From: Thermotogota bacterium
GTDB lineage: Bacteria > Thermotogota > Thermotogae > Petrotogales > Kosmotogaceae
Direction of reading: 5' to 3'
DNA length: 56,551 nucleotides
NCBI GenBank assembly: GCA_034660555.1
Contig: JAYEJL010000059.1
Span: 1-56,551 of the forward strand
The notes beneath the pieces were generated by a model, which was given only the letters and a program-made list of their open reading frames with translations, was not told the DNA's origin and did no database searches. This document shows positions 1-10,200 of the stretch, one piece after another (position 1 is the first letter of the stretch; each line of letters begins with the position of its first letter). Made by a program: the position numbers and the translations under genes.

Positions 1-116
1 TTAACCTTTACTTTCTGAACATTCGGTCTCCACCATCGTTTGTTTCTTTTGTTAGAGTGACTGACAGAATTACCAGTTGTAGGTCTTTTTCCACATATTT
101 AACAGACTTTAGACAT
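1..116 (-). pseudogene. rpmB: 50S ribosomal protein L28, 5' part (runs off the window edge), with an in-frame TAA at codon 6
   Basis: Manual translation from ATG at 116 gives [37 protein letters not shown], a clear L28 signature (CxxCGK..GN.VSHS...R.W.PN.Q). Strong SD AGGAGG at 123-128. The ORF track missed it because of the stop at 99-101. Confidence 0.9.
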
Positions 117-243
117 TTGAATCCTCCTTTCATAAATACCTTAACATTATAGTTTACAAAAGATAGCTTTTCAACGGCTATTTTACTATATAATCGATTT
201 TGATTAAGAAAAACCAAAAACAAATTCTTGAAGGAGAGATAAA

Positions 244-891
244 ATGACTGCTGAAAAACTAACATACATGATTGATCTTGATGGAACACTTACCACTATT
301 GATGATGAAGATTTTGCTAGAGAGTATGTACGTCTTTTATTGAAATATAATAATGGTTTTCTGGAAGAAGAAATCCTAAAAAATGCTTTATTTAGTGCAT
401 TGAATTGCCTTTTAGAAGGTACTGAAGATTGGAAAAATAATTATGATCGATATATGGATAATTTTGCTAAAATATCCGGAATGGAAGACAAAGAACAGGT
501 AATGAATTTTTTCATGAATTTTTATGAAACGACTTATAATGAATTGAAAAATATCATAATTCCCCGAAGAGATTTAATAAAATTTGTGGATTATCTGAAG
601 GCTAAAAATAATCGACTTATATTGGCTACAAACCCTATTTTTCCAGAAATAGCTATAACAAAACGCTTGGAATGGATAGATGTTGATCCAGAGAAGTTCG
701 AATATATAACCACAATGGAAAATAGTCATTATGTGAAACCTCAAACTGATTACTACACTGAAATACTGAAAAATACAAACAGTAAGGCTGAGAAATCATT
801 GATGATAGGAAATGATAAAGAAATGGATGGAGCCTGTGAAAAAGTGGGTATAAGATTCACTGATATTTCCTTTTTACAAGAGAACCTTTGA
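244..891 (+). CDS. HAD-superfamily hydrolase
   Basis: Motif I DLDGTL, motif II ATN, motif III KP, motif IV GND...DG; SD AAGGAG upstream. Confidence 0.9.
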   Translation: MTAEKLTYMIDLDGTLTTIDDEDFAREYVRLLLKYNNGFLEEEILKNALFSALNCLLEGTEDWKNNYDRYMDNFAKISGMEDKEQVMNFFMNFYETTYNELKNIIIPRRDLIKFVDYLKAKNNRLILATNPIFPEIAITKRLEWIDVDPEKFEYITTMENSHYVKPQTDYYTEILKNTNSKAEKSLMIGNDKEMDGACEKVGIRFTDISFLQENL

Positions 892-1537
892 TCTTATCAT
901 TGAATAATTCTTCCTGTATTCCATCATATAGTGAAACCACAAAATTTCGTACCATATTAATAACACTTTCTCTATGGGGTTGATTTTCAACAAAATCATA
1001 TTTGTCTCCATTAATTATTAGTTTTTTTGCAATTCTAAAGCTGCTAAACCAGCTTTCATATAGTTCATTTAATCTTTCAAGGTAAGACCTGTTCATCTCG
1101 TTTTCAAAACCCCGGCCCCGTTTTTTTATTCTTTCATTCAATGTGTCTACTGAACATCTAATATATACAACTCCCCGAGGTTTCTTAAGGTGATCCACAA
1201 GCGTGCTGAACGTTTCTTTGTACAATTCCCAGTCTCTTTCATCGATATAATTCATAAGAAAAAGGTTTCGAGCAAATATTTCTACATCTTCGTAAATTGT
1301 TCGATCCTGAACAATTATCGTTCCCCTGTCATTGACCTTTTTCAGGAAATCGAATCTTTTAATTAAGAAGAATAACTGTGAATGGAAACTCCAGCGTTTC
1401 ATGTCATTATAAAAGTCTTCAAGATATGGATTGGTGTCAACTGCTTCATATACAGCTTCAAAACCCACTCTATCATTTAAAATAGATGTTAATGAAGATT
1501 TTCCTGCACCAATATTTCCACAGATCCCGAGTATCAT
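857..1537 (-). CDS. Deoxynucleoside kinase (dAK/dCK/dGK family)
   Basis: P-loop GNIGAGKS, NPYLEDFY, DRTIYED, lid RIKKRGR. Confidence 0.92.
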   Translation of the reverse strand: MILGICGNIGAGKSSLTSILNDRVGFEAVYEAVDTNPYLEDFYNDMKRWSFHSQLFFLIKRFDFLKKVNDRGTIIVQDRTIYEDVEIFARNLFLMNYIDERDWELYKETFSTLVDHLKKPRGVVYIRCSVDTLNERIKKRGRGFENEMNRSYLERLNELYESWFSSFRIAKKLIINGDKYDFVENQPHRESVINMVRNFVVSLYDGIQEELFNDKIKGSLVKRKYQ

Positions 1538-2163
1538 TAAAGTTTTTCCTCCAGAGCTTCAAGAATTCTTTTCTGATCTTTCTCTTTTTTTACAAAATCT
1601 ATATTGGTAGTATCAATTCTAAGGATTTTTGTACTGTTTTCACTACTGTATTTATTGAAATGATTTTCATAGGCGTCATGCAACATACTTATGTAATCTC
1701 TGCTCATTTTCCTTTCAAAGGGTCTGTCTCTTAAAGCTATTCTGCTCATAAGAATATCTATTGATGCGTAGAGATATATAATTAGATCTGGCTTTGGAAC
1801 TTGCTCATAAAGTATATTGAAAATTCTGTCGTAGAGTTTCAAGTGATCACCTTTTAGGGTCAGATGAGCAAATAACTGATCTTTTTCGAAGGTATAATCT
1901 GAAACAAGGCCTCTTCCCCTTGAGAGTATTTTTTTGAGGATTTCCTGCTGGTCAAATCTGCTTACTAAAAAAAACAATTGAGTTTGAAAACCCCATCTTT
2001 CCATGTCTTCGTAGAATTTCGAAAGGAATGGATTTTCCTCTACTACTTCCAATATCATGGGTAAAGAATATTGCTGACATAAGAATTTTGTTAGAGTTGT
2101 TTTGCCTACGCCAATTACACCATCAATTGCTATATATTTATCCCTCAATTTTTCGTAGAACAT
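1537..2163 (-). CDS. Deoxynucleoside kinase (second paralog)
   Basis: P-loop GVIGVGKT, ENPFLSKFY, QTQLFFL, RIALRDRPFE; its stop overlaps the next start (TAATG). Confidence 0.92.
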   Translation of the reverse strand: MFYEKLRDKYIAIDGVIGVGKTTLTKFLCQQYSLPMILEVVEENPFLSKFYEDMERWGFQTQLFFLVSRFDQQEILKKILSRGRGLVSDYTFEKDQLFAHLTLKGDHLKLYDRIFNILYEQVPKPDLIIYLYASIDILMSRIALRDRPFERKMSRDYISMLHDAYENHFNKYSSENSTKILRIDTTNIDFVKKEKDQKRILEALEEKL

Positions 2164-2628
2164 TTATCCTTCCTTCCACAAATCAATTAACGTTTTGACA
2201 GGCTCAATAATGGGGTCGAGAAACCATGATAAAGAACGCTTGAAACCTGGAATACATAAAACAAATGAATTACTAATGGTACCAGCTGTGCAGCGATACA
2301 AGGATAATGAACTATCGTTCTTTAATGCATTGTGTATCATTGCAACTTCAATACCGGTAGCTTGTTTGTCTATTATTGAATGTAGTGCTTCAGGAGATAC
2401 ATCTTCAAACAGCAGTCCTGTTCCGCCCAGAATAATTACAAGGTCACTTTCACGTGTGCTGTTGTAGACCATATCTTTAATAACACTCATAACAGGTTCA
2501 ACATCAAGTTTCTCAACAACTTCATAACCATTATTTTCCAAAATTTTACAGCAATTGACAACAGTATCTGATGTTTCGGCATCGTAAGCCTCTTCAAGGA
2601 CCCTAATTACAGAAGCCTTATAAGACAT
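2164..2628 (-). CDS. MogA/MoaB-family molybdopterin-binding domain protein
   Basis: GGTG..EDVSPEA and IPG motifs; SD GGAGG upstream. Confidence 0.75.
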   Translation of the reverse strand: MSYKASVIRVLEEAYDAETSDTVVNCCKILENNGYEVVEKLDVEPVMSVIKDMVYNSTRESDLVIILGGTGLLFEDVSPEALHSIIDKQATGIEVAMIHNALKNDSSLSLYRCTAGTISNSFVLCIPGFKRSLSWFLDPIIEPVKTLIDLWKEG

Positions 2629-3094
2629 TTTCTTACCTCCAAGAATTAATAACTAGTATAAAAATAAAAAAGGGGCATATTGTTTCATATCAATAAAAAG
2701 TATAACACTTGGCATTGTCTCGCTGTCGATAGACAGCTGAAGTTTTTTAACAGCTTTTAATGGATATTTCTTAAATACTTCATTTTTGTAGAAAAATACC
2801 ATTCCATTTTGTGAGTAACAAACGAAGCAATTTTTTTAGCAAATTTTTTTGTTTGTGAAGTGCCGAATCTTTATTTGTATTTTAACTACCAACGATTTCA
2901 TGTATTGATAGTAAAAGAATGTTCTTGTTACTCAAAGAAGGTAGTTTTAAACTCATTCATATAATTTATAGATATTAAAAGTATAAACGAAAGAGCTTAG
3001 TTTAGAAATTACGTGATGTGAACATAATTCCTTTTAAAATTAACTTTGCTTAATAGTATTTTCAAGATTTGAGACTGTACATTCAGAATAAATA

Positions 3095-3124
3095 TGATAG
3101 AATTAATTGATAGAAAATTCACAA
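3095..3124 (+). promoter_or_regulatory. Extended -10 promoter (TGaTAGAAT) followed by a Rex-like operator TTGATAGAAAATTCACAA (3107-3124)
   Basis: 11/14 match to the Rex consensus TTGTGAAnnnnTTCACAA with a perfect right half-site; overlaps the predicted +1 of the hydrogenase gene. Confidence 0.6.
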
Positions 3125-3157
3125 AGTCGCTAAAATATTGAATGGAGGTGCTTTTTG

Positions 3158-4909
3158 GTGCCCATAACAATTACTGTTAATGGTAAAAAGCATGAAGTTA
3201 CAGAAGGTCAAACTATTCTTGAGGCTTTAAGAGAAATAGGAATGGATGTTCCAACGTTGTGTTATCATCCTTCACTTTCAATTGTTGGTTCATGCAGGGT
3301 TTGTGTTGTAGAAGTTGAAGGTGCCAAAAATCTTAGCCCGGCGTGTTCAACATATGTAGATGATGGCATGGTTATTAAGACTAACAGTGACAGAGTAGAG
3401 AAAGCTGTTAGATTTAATCTTGCATTGTTACTTTCAAGTCATCCCAACGACTGTATGACCTGTGATGTCAATGGAAAGTGTGAATTTCAGGATCTTATAT
3501 ATCAATATGATGTTCAGGATATGTTCCCAAAAGAATTAAAAAATGAACCCTATGACGAAAGCAGCCCTTCATTATTTAGAGACATGAATAAATGTATTAA
3601 TTGTGGACGATGTGTTCGTGCATGTGAAGAACTTCAAGGACTTTCAATACTTTCTATGACAAACAGAGGGCATGATTCGTTACCCCTACCTTCTTTTGGT
3701 GCACCGATTTCTGCAACAGACTGTATTAATTGTGGGCAATGTGCTTATCTTTGTCCTGTCGGAGCAATAACTGAGAGAATGGAATTTAGACAGGTTATGG
3801 ATGAAATAAACAAGCATAACAAAGTTCTTGTTGTACAGACAGCACCAGCAGTCAGGGTTGCTCTAGGTGAGGAATTTGGAGAAAAGCCTGGTTCAATTAG
3901 TACCGGTAAAATGGTTGCAGCGTTAAGGAAACTTGGTTTTGATTATGTATTTGACACCAATTTTGCGGCAGATTTGACAATTATGGAAGAAGGATCTGAA
4001 TTGCTTGACAGAGTTAAAAATGGTGGTAAGTTTCCTATGTTTACATCATGTTGTCCAGCATGGGTAAATCTTATGGAAAAAAGATATCCAGATTTTACGG
4101 AAAATCTTTCTTCTGCAAAATCCCCTCATGAAATGTTAGGAGCAGCAGTTAAAACATATTTTGCAGAAAAAATTGATGTTGATCCTGAGGATATTTATAT
4201 TGTATCAGTTATGCCCTGTACAGCAAAAAAAGATGAAAAATTAAGAGAGCAGTTGAAGGTAAACGGTTTTGATGCTGTCGATACTGTAATAACAACACGT
4301 GAACTTGGAAAAATGATTGAGGTCAAGAAGATACCCTATGAATCACTTGAAGAAGAAGAATACGACAAGCCTCTGGGCATTTCAACAGGAGCGGGTGCGA
4401 TTTTTGGTGCTACTGGCGGTGTAATGGAGGCTGCATTAAGGACAGCTTATGAACTTTACACAGGAGAAGAATTACCAAAACTTGATTTTGATGAAGTCAG
4501 AGGAATTGAAGGAATAAAAGAGGCGACTATTGAGATGAAAGACGCAAAATTAAGGGTTGCAGTTGCTCATGGAGCTGCAAATGTAATCAGATTGATGGAA
4601 AAAATAAAAAGTGGAGAAGCAGAATACGATTTCGTAGAAATAATGGCCTGTCCTGGCGGTTGTATTGGGGGGGGTGGACAACCTTCTTCTAACGATCCTG
4701 ATATTATTCAAAAGAGAATTAATGCTATTTATGATATAGATCGAAATCTTGAGCTTAGAAAATCTCACGAAAATCCAGCAATCAAACAAATATACGAAGA
4801 CTTTTTTGGTGAGCCACTTTCACACCTTTCACATGAATTATTACATACAACTTATTCAGGAAGAAAAGATAGCGTAGTTTCAAGAATGAAAGCGGTAAGC
4901 AAAGAGTAA
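3158..4909 (+). CDS. hydA: Group A [FeFe]-hydrogenase catalytic subunit (HndD/HydA-like)
   Basis: H-cluster motifs TSCCPAW, MPCTAKKDE, EIMACPGGCIGGGGQP; N-terminal [2Fe-2S], His-ligated [4Fe-4S] (HPNDCMTC...C) and 2x[4Fe-4S]. GTG at 3158 is best spaced from SD GGAGGTG (the track uses TTG 3155). Confidence 0.96.
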   Translation: MPITITVNGKKHEVTEGQTILEALREIGMDVPTLCYHPSLSIVGSCRVCVVEVEGAKNLSPACSTYVDDGMVIKTNSDRVEKAVRFNLALLLSSHPNDCMTCDVNGKCEFQDLIYQYDVQDMFPKELKNEPYDESSPSLFRDMNKCINCGRCVRACEELQGLSILSMTNRGHDSLPLPSFGAPISATDCINCGQCAYLCPVGAITERMEFRQVMDEINKHNKVLVVQTAPAVRVALGEEFGEKPGSISTGKMVAALRKLGFDYVFDTNFAADLTIMEEGSELLDRVKNGGKFPMFTSCCPAWVNLMEKRYPDFTENLSSAKSPHEMLGAAVKTYFAEKIDVDPEDIYIVSVMPCTAKKDEKLREQLKVNGFDAVDTVITTRELGKMIEVKKIPYESLEEEEYDKPLGISTGAGAIFGATGGVMEAALRTAYELYTGEELPKLDFDEVRGIEGIKEATIEMKDAKLRVAVAHGAANVIRLMEKIKSGEAEYDFVEIMACPGGCIGGGGQPSSNDPDIIQKRINAIYDIDRNLELRKSHENPAIKQIYEDFFGEPLSHLSHELLHTTYSGRKDSVVSRMKAVSKE

Positions 4910-4925
4910 TTTAATATAAAATTTT

Positions 4926-4955
4926 AAAAAAAGAGTCCCTGTTAGGACTCTTTTT
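4926..4955. terminator. Bidirectional intrinsic terminator
   Basis: A-run GAGTCC-loop-GGACTC T-run between convergent genes. Confidence 0.85.
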
Positions 4956-5838
4956 ATTTTGAAATAATTGATCGAATAATTGCATATGGGGTTTTCAATA
5001 AACATTGAATATCCATTAAAAGAGATCTATGTTTCACGTAGTAAAAATCATAACCGGTCTTTTTGTAATATTCTTCTGCTGAAGTAGTGTATTTATAGTT
5101 AATCTGTGCCCAGCCAGTTATACCAGGTTTAACTAACAATCTCATTTCATAATTTGGCACATGTTTCGAAGCCATTCTATGAAAAGCTGGTAGTTCTGGT
5201 CTTGGACCAACGAGACTCATATGTCCTTTTAAAACATTTATGAACTGAGGGATTTCATCAATTCTTAAAGGTCTAATTATTATTCCTATTATGGTTATTT
5301 TTTTATTTTTTGATTCGTTAGAGAAAGTTCTAAATTTGTACATGGGAAATTCCTGTCCATTGAAACCTATTCTTTTTTGTACAATTAATACAGGTGAACC
5401 GGTGCTTAGTTTAATCAAGATGGCAACAATTGCTATTACTGGTGAAAATAATATGATACACAAAGAACTAATTACTATATCAATGATTCGTTTGAAATAA
5501 TCATTTGTACTTCTAACATTGGTATTATAATTCAGCACTTCAGGAGCAATGAATCTTTTCTTGATTTTCATTTTTCTCCCGAAAAAATATTTTAAAATAA
5601 TACTGAGAGAGAGAGAAATTAGCGGTAAAAAATCGTTAAAAATCGTTAAAAAAATAACTGAAAATAGAATAAAGCAAAGAGCAGAAGCTTTTATGTTATT
5701 GGCATTTAAGTAAGTTGACGGTTCATTTATTCTTGATATAAAAGAGGATATTAAGCCAGTTAATAAACAAAAGACAAACAACTTGTGATCAAAAAGTATA
5801 AATGGAAAGGCAACTGCCAAATCTACAAGATAAAGCAT
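4954..5838 (-). CDS. Polyprenyl-phosphate sugar-1-phosphate transferase (bacterial sugar transferase, WcaJ/WbaP C-terminal type)
   Basis: KRIIDI, KFRT, DEIPQFINVLKGHMSLVGPRP, KPGITGWAQ; hydrophobic N-terminus. Confidence 0.9.
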   Translation of the reverse strand: MLYLVDLAVAFPFILFDHKLFVFCLLTGLISSFISRINEPSTYLNANNIKASALCFILFSVIFLTIFNDFLPLISLSLSIILKYFFGRKMKIKKRFIAPEVLNYNTNVRSTNDYFKRIIDIVISSLCIILFSPVIAIVAILIKLSTGSPVLIVQKRIGFNGQEFPMYKFRTFSNESKNKKITIIGIIIRPLRIDEIPQFINVLKGHMSLVGPRPELPAFHRMASKHVPNYEMRLLVKPGITGWAQINYKYTTSAEEYYKKTGYDFYYVKHRSLLMDIQCLLKTPYAIIRSIISK

Positions 5839-5961
5839 TGTTTAAATCCTCCTTTTTACATATTCTTGCATATAAAAACATCTTTTTAAAGGTTTATTTG
5901 ATTATACTTTAATTATTGTGTGATGCGAACGTTATGTGATAAAATTTGGAAGGTGCAATAA

Positions 5962-7188
5962 ATGAAAAAACTTTATTTAAGCGATTTACACATAGGTAAT
6001 GGTACTACAAGAGATGCTTTTAGCTTTGATAAAGAACTTGTTGAATTATTAAATTCAGCTGCTGAAGACAACTATGATGAAATGATCATAGTTGGTGATG
6101 GGCTGGAATTCATGAGTTCTGTCAACATGAATTTAAGCGATATGGACCAATATTTTAGAAAAATTGATGATCTGGATGAGACAGTAATTGATGAGATTGA
6201 AAAGCATCATAGAGAGGTCTTTGACGCTTTCAGGAACTTTTCAAGAAGCAGCAAGATAAAGTACATAATAGGTAATCACGATTCGTATTTGCTATTCAAT
6301 GAAAAGCTTCGCAAAAGTCTTATTGAAAAACTTGGTGGTGAAGAAAGCGTTGATGTTCTTCCTTATTATTTTGATGATGAAATGAAAATTTTTTGCGTAC
6401 ATGGTAATCAGTACGATATAATTAATCGTTACACATATGACAGAAAAAATGATAAGATTCTGCCCACATTTGGAGAGTATATGTCTCACTACATGAAAGA
6501 AAACTTTGATTACTTGCTCATTGAAAAGAATGTGCCAAAAGAGGTATTAAAAGATTATCATAATGTTCATCCTACTCTGGATGTTTTTCACTGGTTTAAC
6601 TATATAAGAAATGATAAAAACATACCAATAAACCTTTTTGAAGTTTGGACAAATACTTTTGCAAATATGATTAAATCAGATTATGCAAAAAAATGGATGA
6701 AAGTAAATTATCCTGGATTACGGTTTTTAAGCAATTTTTTTGTGAATAAAATTGGTGGAATGAAATTAGGCGATTTTGTTGTAAGAATGGTTATGGCAGT
6801 TAGAACTTTGAAGAGAACCGATTATATGTATGAAATGGCCCAGAGTTTATTAGGAGCCCTAGGATTGAATGCTTTTAAAAAAGCAGTTGATGAACAGCTA
6901 TATCTTTGTTATGGTAATAGTTCTCCGACAATTGTTCCGGGGGAACTCAAGGGTTGTATTATGGGGCATAACCATAAATATTGTGCAAGGATAGTAACAG
7001 TTGATGGTGAGAAAAAATTCTACATAAATACAGGAACATGGAAACCTGTAGTAGAATTAATTGATGGGAAAAATGATAAGGGATTTGAACAAAGAATTGA
7101 GTTAACGTATGTAATAATTGAAAAAGAAGATGATAATTACAACGTTCAGACGATTCATACAAGAAAGTTACAAGGTATATCCATTTAA
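5962..7188 (+). CDS. Calcineurin-like metallophosphoesterase (LpxH-like motif pattern), substrate unknown
   Basis: SDLH, GD, GNHD, HGNQYD, GHNH, NTGTW. Confidence 0.85.
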   Translation: MKKLYLSDLHIGNGTTRDAFSFDKELVELLNSAAEDNYDEMIIVGDGLEFMSSVNMNLSDMDQYFRKIDDLDETVIDEIEKHHREVFDAFRNFSRSSKIKYIIGNHDSYLLFNEKLRKSLIEKLGGEESVDVLPYYFDDEMKIFCVHGNQYDIINRYTYDRKNDKILPTFGEYMSHYMKENFDYLLIEKNVPKEVLKDYHNVHPTLDVFHWFNYIRNDKNIPINLFEVWTNTFANMIKSDYAKKWMKVNYPGLRFLSNFFVNKIGGMKLGDFVVRMVMAVRTLKRTDYMYEMAQSLLGALGLNAFKKAVDEQLYLCYGNSSPTIVPGELKGCIMGHNHKYCARIVTVDGEKKFYINTGTWKPVVELIDGKNDKGFEQRIELTYVIIEKEDDNYNVQTIHTRKLQGISI

Positions 7189-7242
7189 TATATAATAGAA
7201 ACAAAGCTCGTAAGAGTATTCTGAGTCTGAGGAGGGATTTAC

Positions 7243-10200
7243 GTGCACAAATCCAGTCGAAAAACAGGAATGAACTATGTACTGCTGCTTATGATAGCAG
7301 CGATTATTGTGGTGGGTATTGTACTCACAATATTGCTTTGGCCAAAGCCTGAACCTGAGATAATTATTTCAGCAAATTCACCTAGGCCAAACAATGCTTC
7401 ACAGATTGCTTATTCGAAAAATGTAGAGTTATATTGGGAGGTTGAATACGATAGACCAAATGACGATTTATATGCTGATATCTGGGCAGGAACAGATGAA
7501 GATTCTCTTGAAGTAGTAGAAACTGAATTATTAGGTGAATCTTCGTCGGAAGCTGAAAGTATTTTTAAATTCAGTTATGACCTGCAGGTTGAACCACATG
7601 ATACTTACTACTGGAAGGTTAAGGTTTACAATGACGCAGAAAAAGCTGATGAAAGTGATGTCTGGAGTTTCACTTTAAAAAATTCTCAACCTGAAAAACC
7701 TACTCTAATTAATCCACAGAATAATGAAACAGATATTTCAATGGTTGGTTTTGAACTTGAATGGAATGATGCAGTTGATCCAGATGGTGATCCGGTAACC
7801 TACGATGTGTTTTTGGGTAAAAGTAGAAATCTAGGTAGTTCTGATATTATCACAGAAAACATAGATAATACGAATCTTATTGTTACAAATGAAATTTTGG
7901 ACAGAGTTCTTGATCCTGATACTACCTACTATTGGAAAGTAAGAGCGAAAGATTCAGAGAATCTGGTTAGCGAATCTAATACACAATCTTTTATTACAGA
8001 GCCATATAAAAAACTTGATATTACGCTGATTTCACCTGAAGACAACGCCACAGATGTAGTTATTCCGGTAAAATATGAATGGAAGCTAACTTCAGGAGAA
8101 TATTACTGGTCAGTAATATATGAGGTTTTTGTTGGGGAAGAAGATGGTACGCTTGATCGAGCAGGATCAGTCAGAGTAAACTATCCGGAAGAAGATAAAG
8201 AAACTGTTGAATTTATTGACGATACCCTTAAAGGGCATACAAATTATATCTGGTATGTAAAAGCTACCAATGTTGATTCCGGTGACACCAGTGAGAGCGA
8301 GAAAGCGGTATTTGCAACGAAGAATACGGCACCGGAGTTAAATATAAGTAAAATAGCAGAAGAAGATTACAGCATATTTATAAGCTGGCAGGCCACAGAT
8401 ACTGATGGCGATGAACTCCTTTATGATATTTACATGAAAAAGGCTAATGAAGAGGAAACATCTCTTGCTACTAATACTACTGAAACCTCATATACACTCC
8501 CAGAGCCTGACAGTTCTACAGAATATACATTCAGAGTAGTAGCCAGAGATAACTTTGGTAGTTCAGTGTCAAAGGTCGCTTCTTTGGTTACTGGAAACAC
8601 AGCACCAGTGATCACCTTGAAGTCACCTGATAACGGAAACCAGGATTCTGTGACACGGAATTTACGATTTGAATGGGATGCTTACGATCGAGAAGGTGAC
8701 GAGATAGAGTATACATTTGTTTTGATTCCTCCAGAGGGCGAAGAAATTGCAAAACAGCTTACTGAAAAATATTATGAAATTGAGAGTTTGAAATCGTTAA
8801 CTACATATCAGTGGTATATTGAAGCAAAAGACGCCAAAGGAGCAGAAAGTAAATCGGATGTCTGGTCATTTACTACTGGAAATACACCACCAGATGAACC
8901 TATTGCAGTATCTCCTGAAGAAGATGCGACAGATGTTACACCATATCGCTCACCTGTATTTAAATGGTTTGCTTCTGATCATGATAATGATGAACTGAGT
9001 TTCGTTCTTGAATTAGCTGAAGATTCTGAATTCAGTAGTGTTGTCGCCACTTCAACAGATTATAATTTTGAGGATCCAACATATGTGTCTACTTTAACGA
9101 ATGTTGTACTTGATACTAACAGGGAATATTACTGGAAGATAACAGCAAATGATGATCAGGCAGAGACAGCAGCTTTCTGGAAGTTCAAGACATTTGATAT
9201 ACCACCAGAGGTTCCAGAATTGATTGAACCGAAGAATGGAACTGAACAATTAAAAACTGTTAACACTCAGTTCAGCTGGGAAGCTTTCGATGAAGATGAT
9301 CCTACACTGAATACATGGATTTACCTGTTAAAAGAAGGAGAAGATGAGCCAGATGTATATGAACTTGGTTTACGTAATGCTGGTGGCAGTGAGGAAATAG
9401 CAACCATTGATGATCCACTTGATCCTGAGACTGAATATGAATGGTGGATAGTAGTAGAGGATCTATCAGGCAAAACTGCTGAGAGTGAAAAGAGAACATT
9501 TGTTACAGGTAATGCTGCACCTATAATTACATTCCCATCGGAAAAACTTCTTACAATGAAACGATATGGTGCTTCAACACCTCTTGAATTTGAGTGGGAG
9601 ATAACTGATCCTGAAGGGGAGGACGTTAGTGTTGAAGTTTACTTTAGCGATCAGAGACCACCGGTAGATGTGGAGCCAGTCGTAACCGATACTAATCTTG
9701 AAAGCTATACATATGCCGGCGAATTTGAGCCAAACAAATGGTACTATTTCTGGATTGTAGCTGAAGATGAAACTGGAGAAAAAGCTGAAATGGATACACA
9801 TTTAAACATTATTGCAGCCACAGATGAAATAACATATAACCAACCTAAATCAGAAGAATACTACTCTGACAAGGTATTTGATTGGACAGTTCAAGAACCG
9901 GTAGAAGAAGGATCCTACATTTTTAGAGTTTACGATAAATATGGTGAATTGATTGAAGAATCTGAGCTTGAAGAAGAAAGTTCATATACTATAGATAAGC
10001 GTTTAGACGGTAATAGACACTATTATTGGCGCGTTATTATACAAGAAGATGAGGAACAACGTTTTGGAAAAGCCGTTAAGTTTTATATGACCGATGTGAA
10101 GACCAGACTATTTAATCCCATTCCTGCAGATCAGTCAGAGAACATTGAATCGGATAATGTAGTTCTGAGTTGGTCATATGAAGATCCCGACAGCGAAGAA

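Noticed and set aside
8..289. 93-aa minus-strand ORF in the track
   Set aside because: Wrong-frame shadow over the real rpmB reading frame and the HAD promoter region
2629..2760. Moco riboswitch upstream of the mogA-like gene
   Set aside because: A -10-like TATACT lies immediately upstream of the SD, leaving no room for a leader; no recognisable motif
4667..4674. G8 homopolymer in hydA as a phase-variation tract
   Set aside because: It encodes the conserved GGGG of the H-cluster L3 motif
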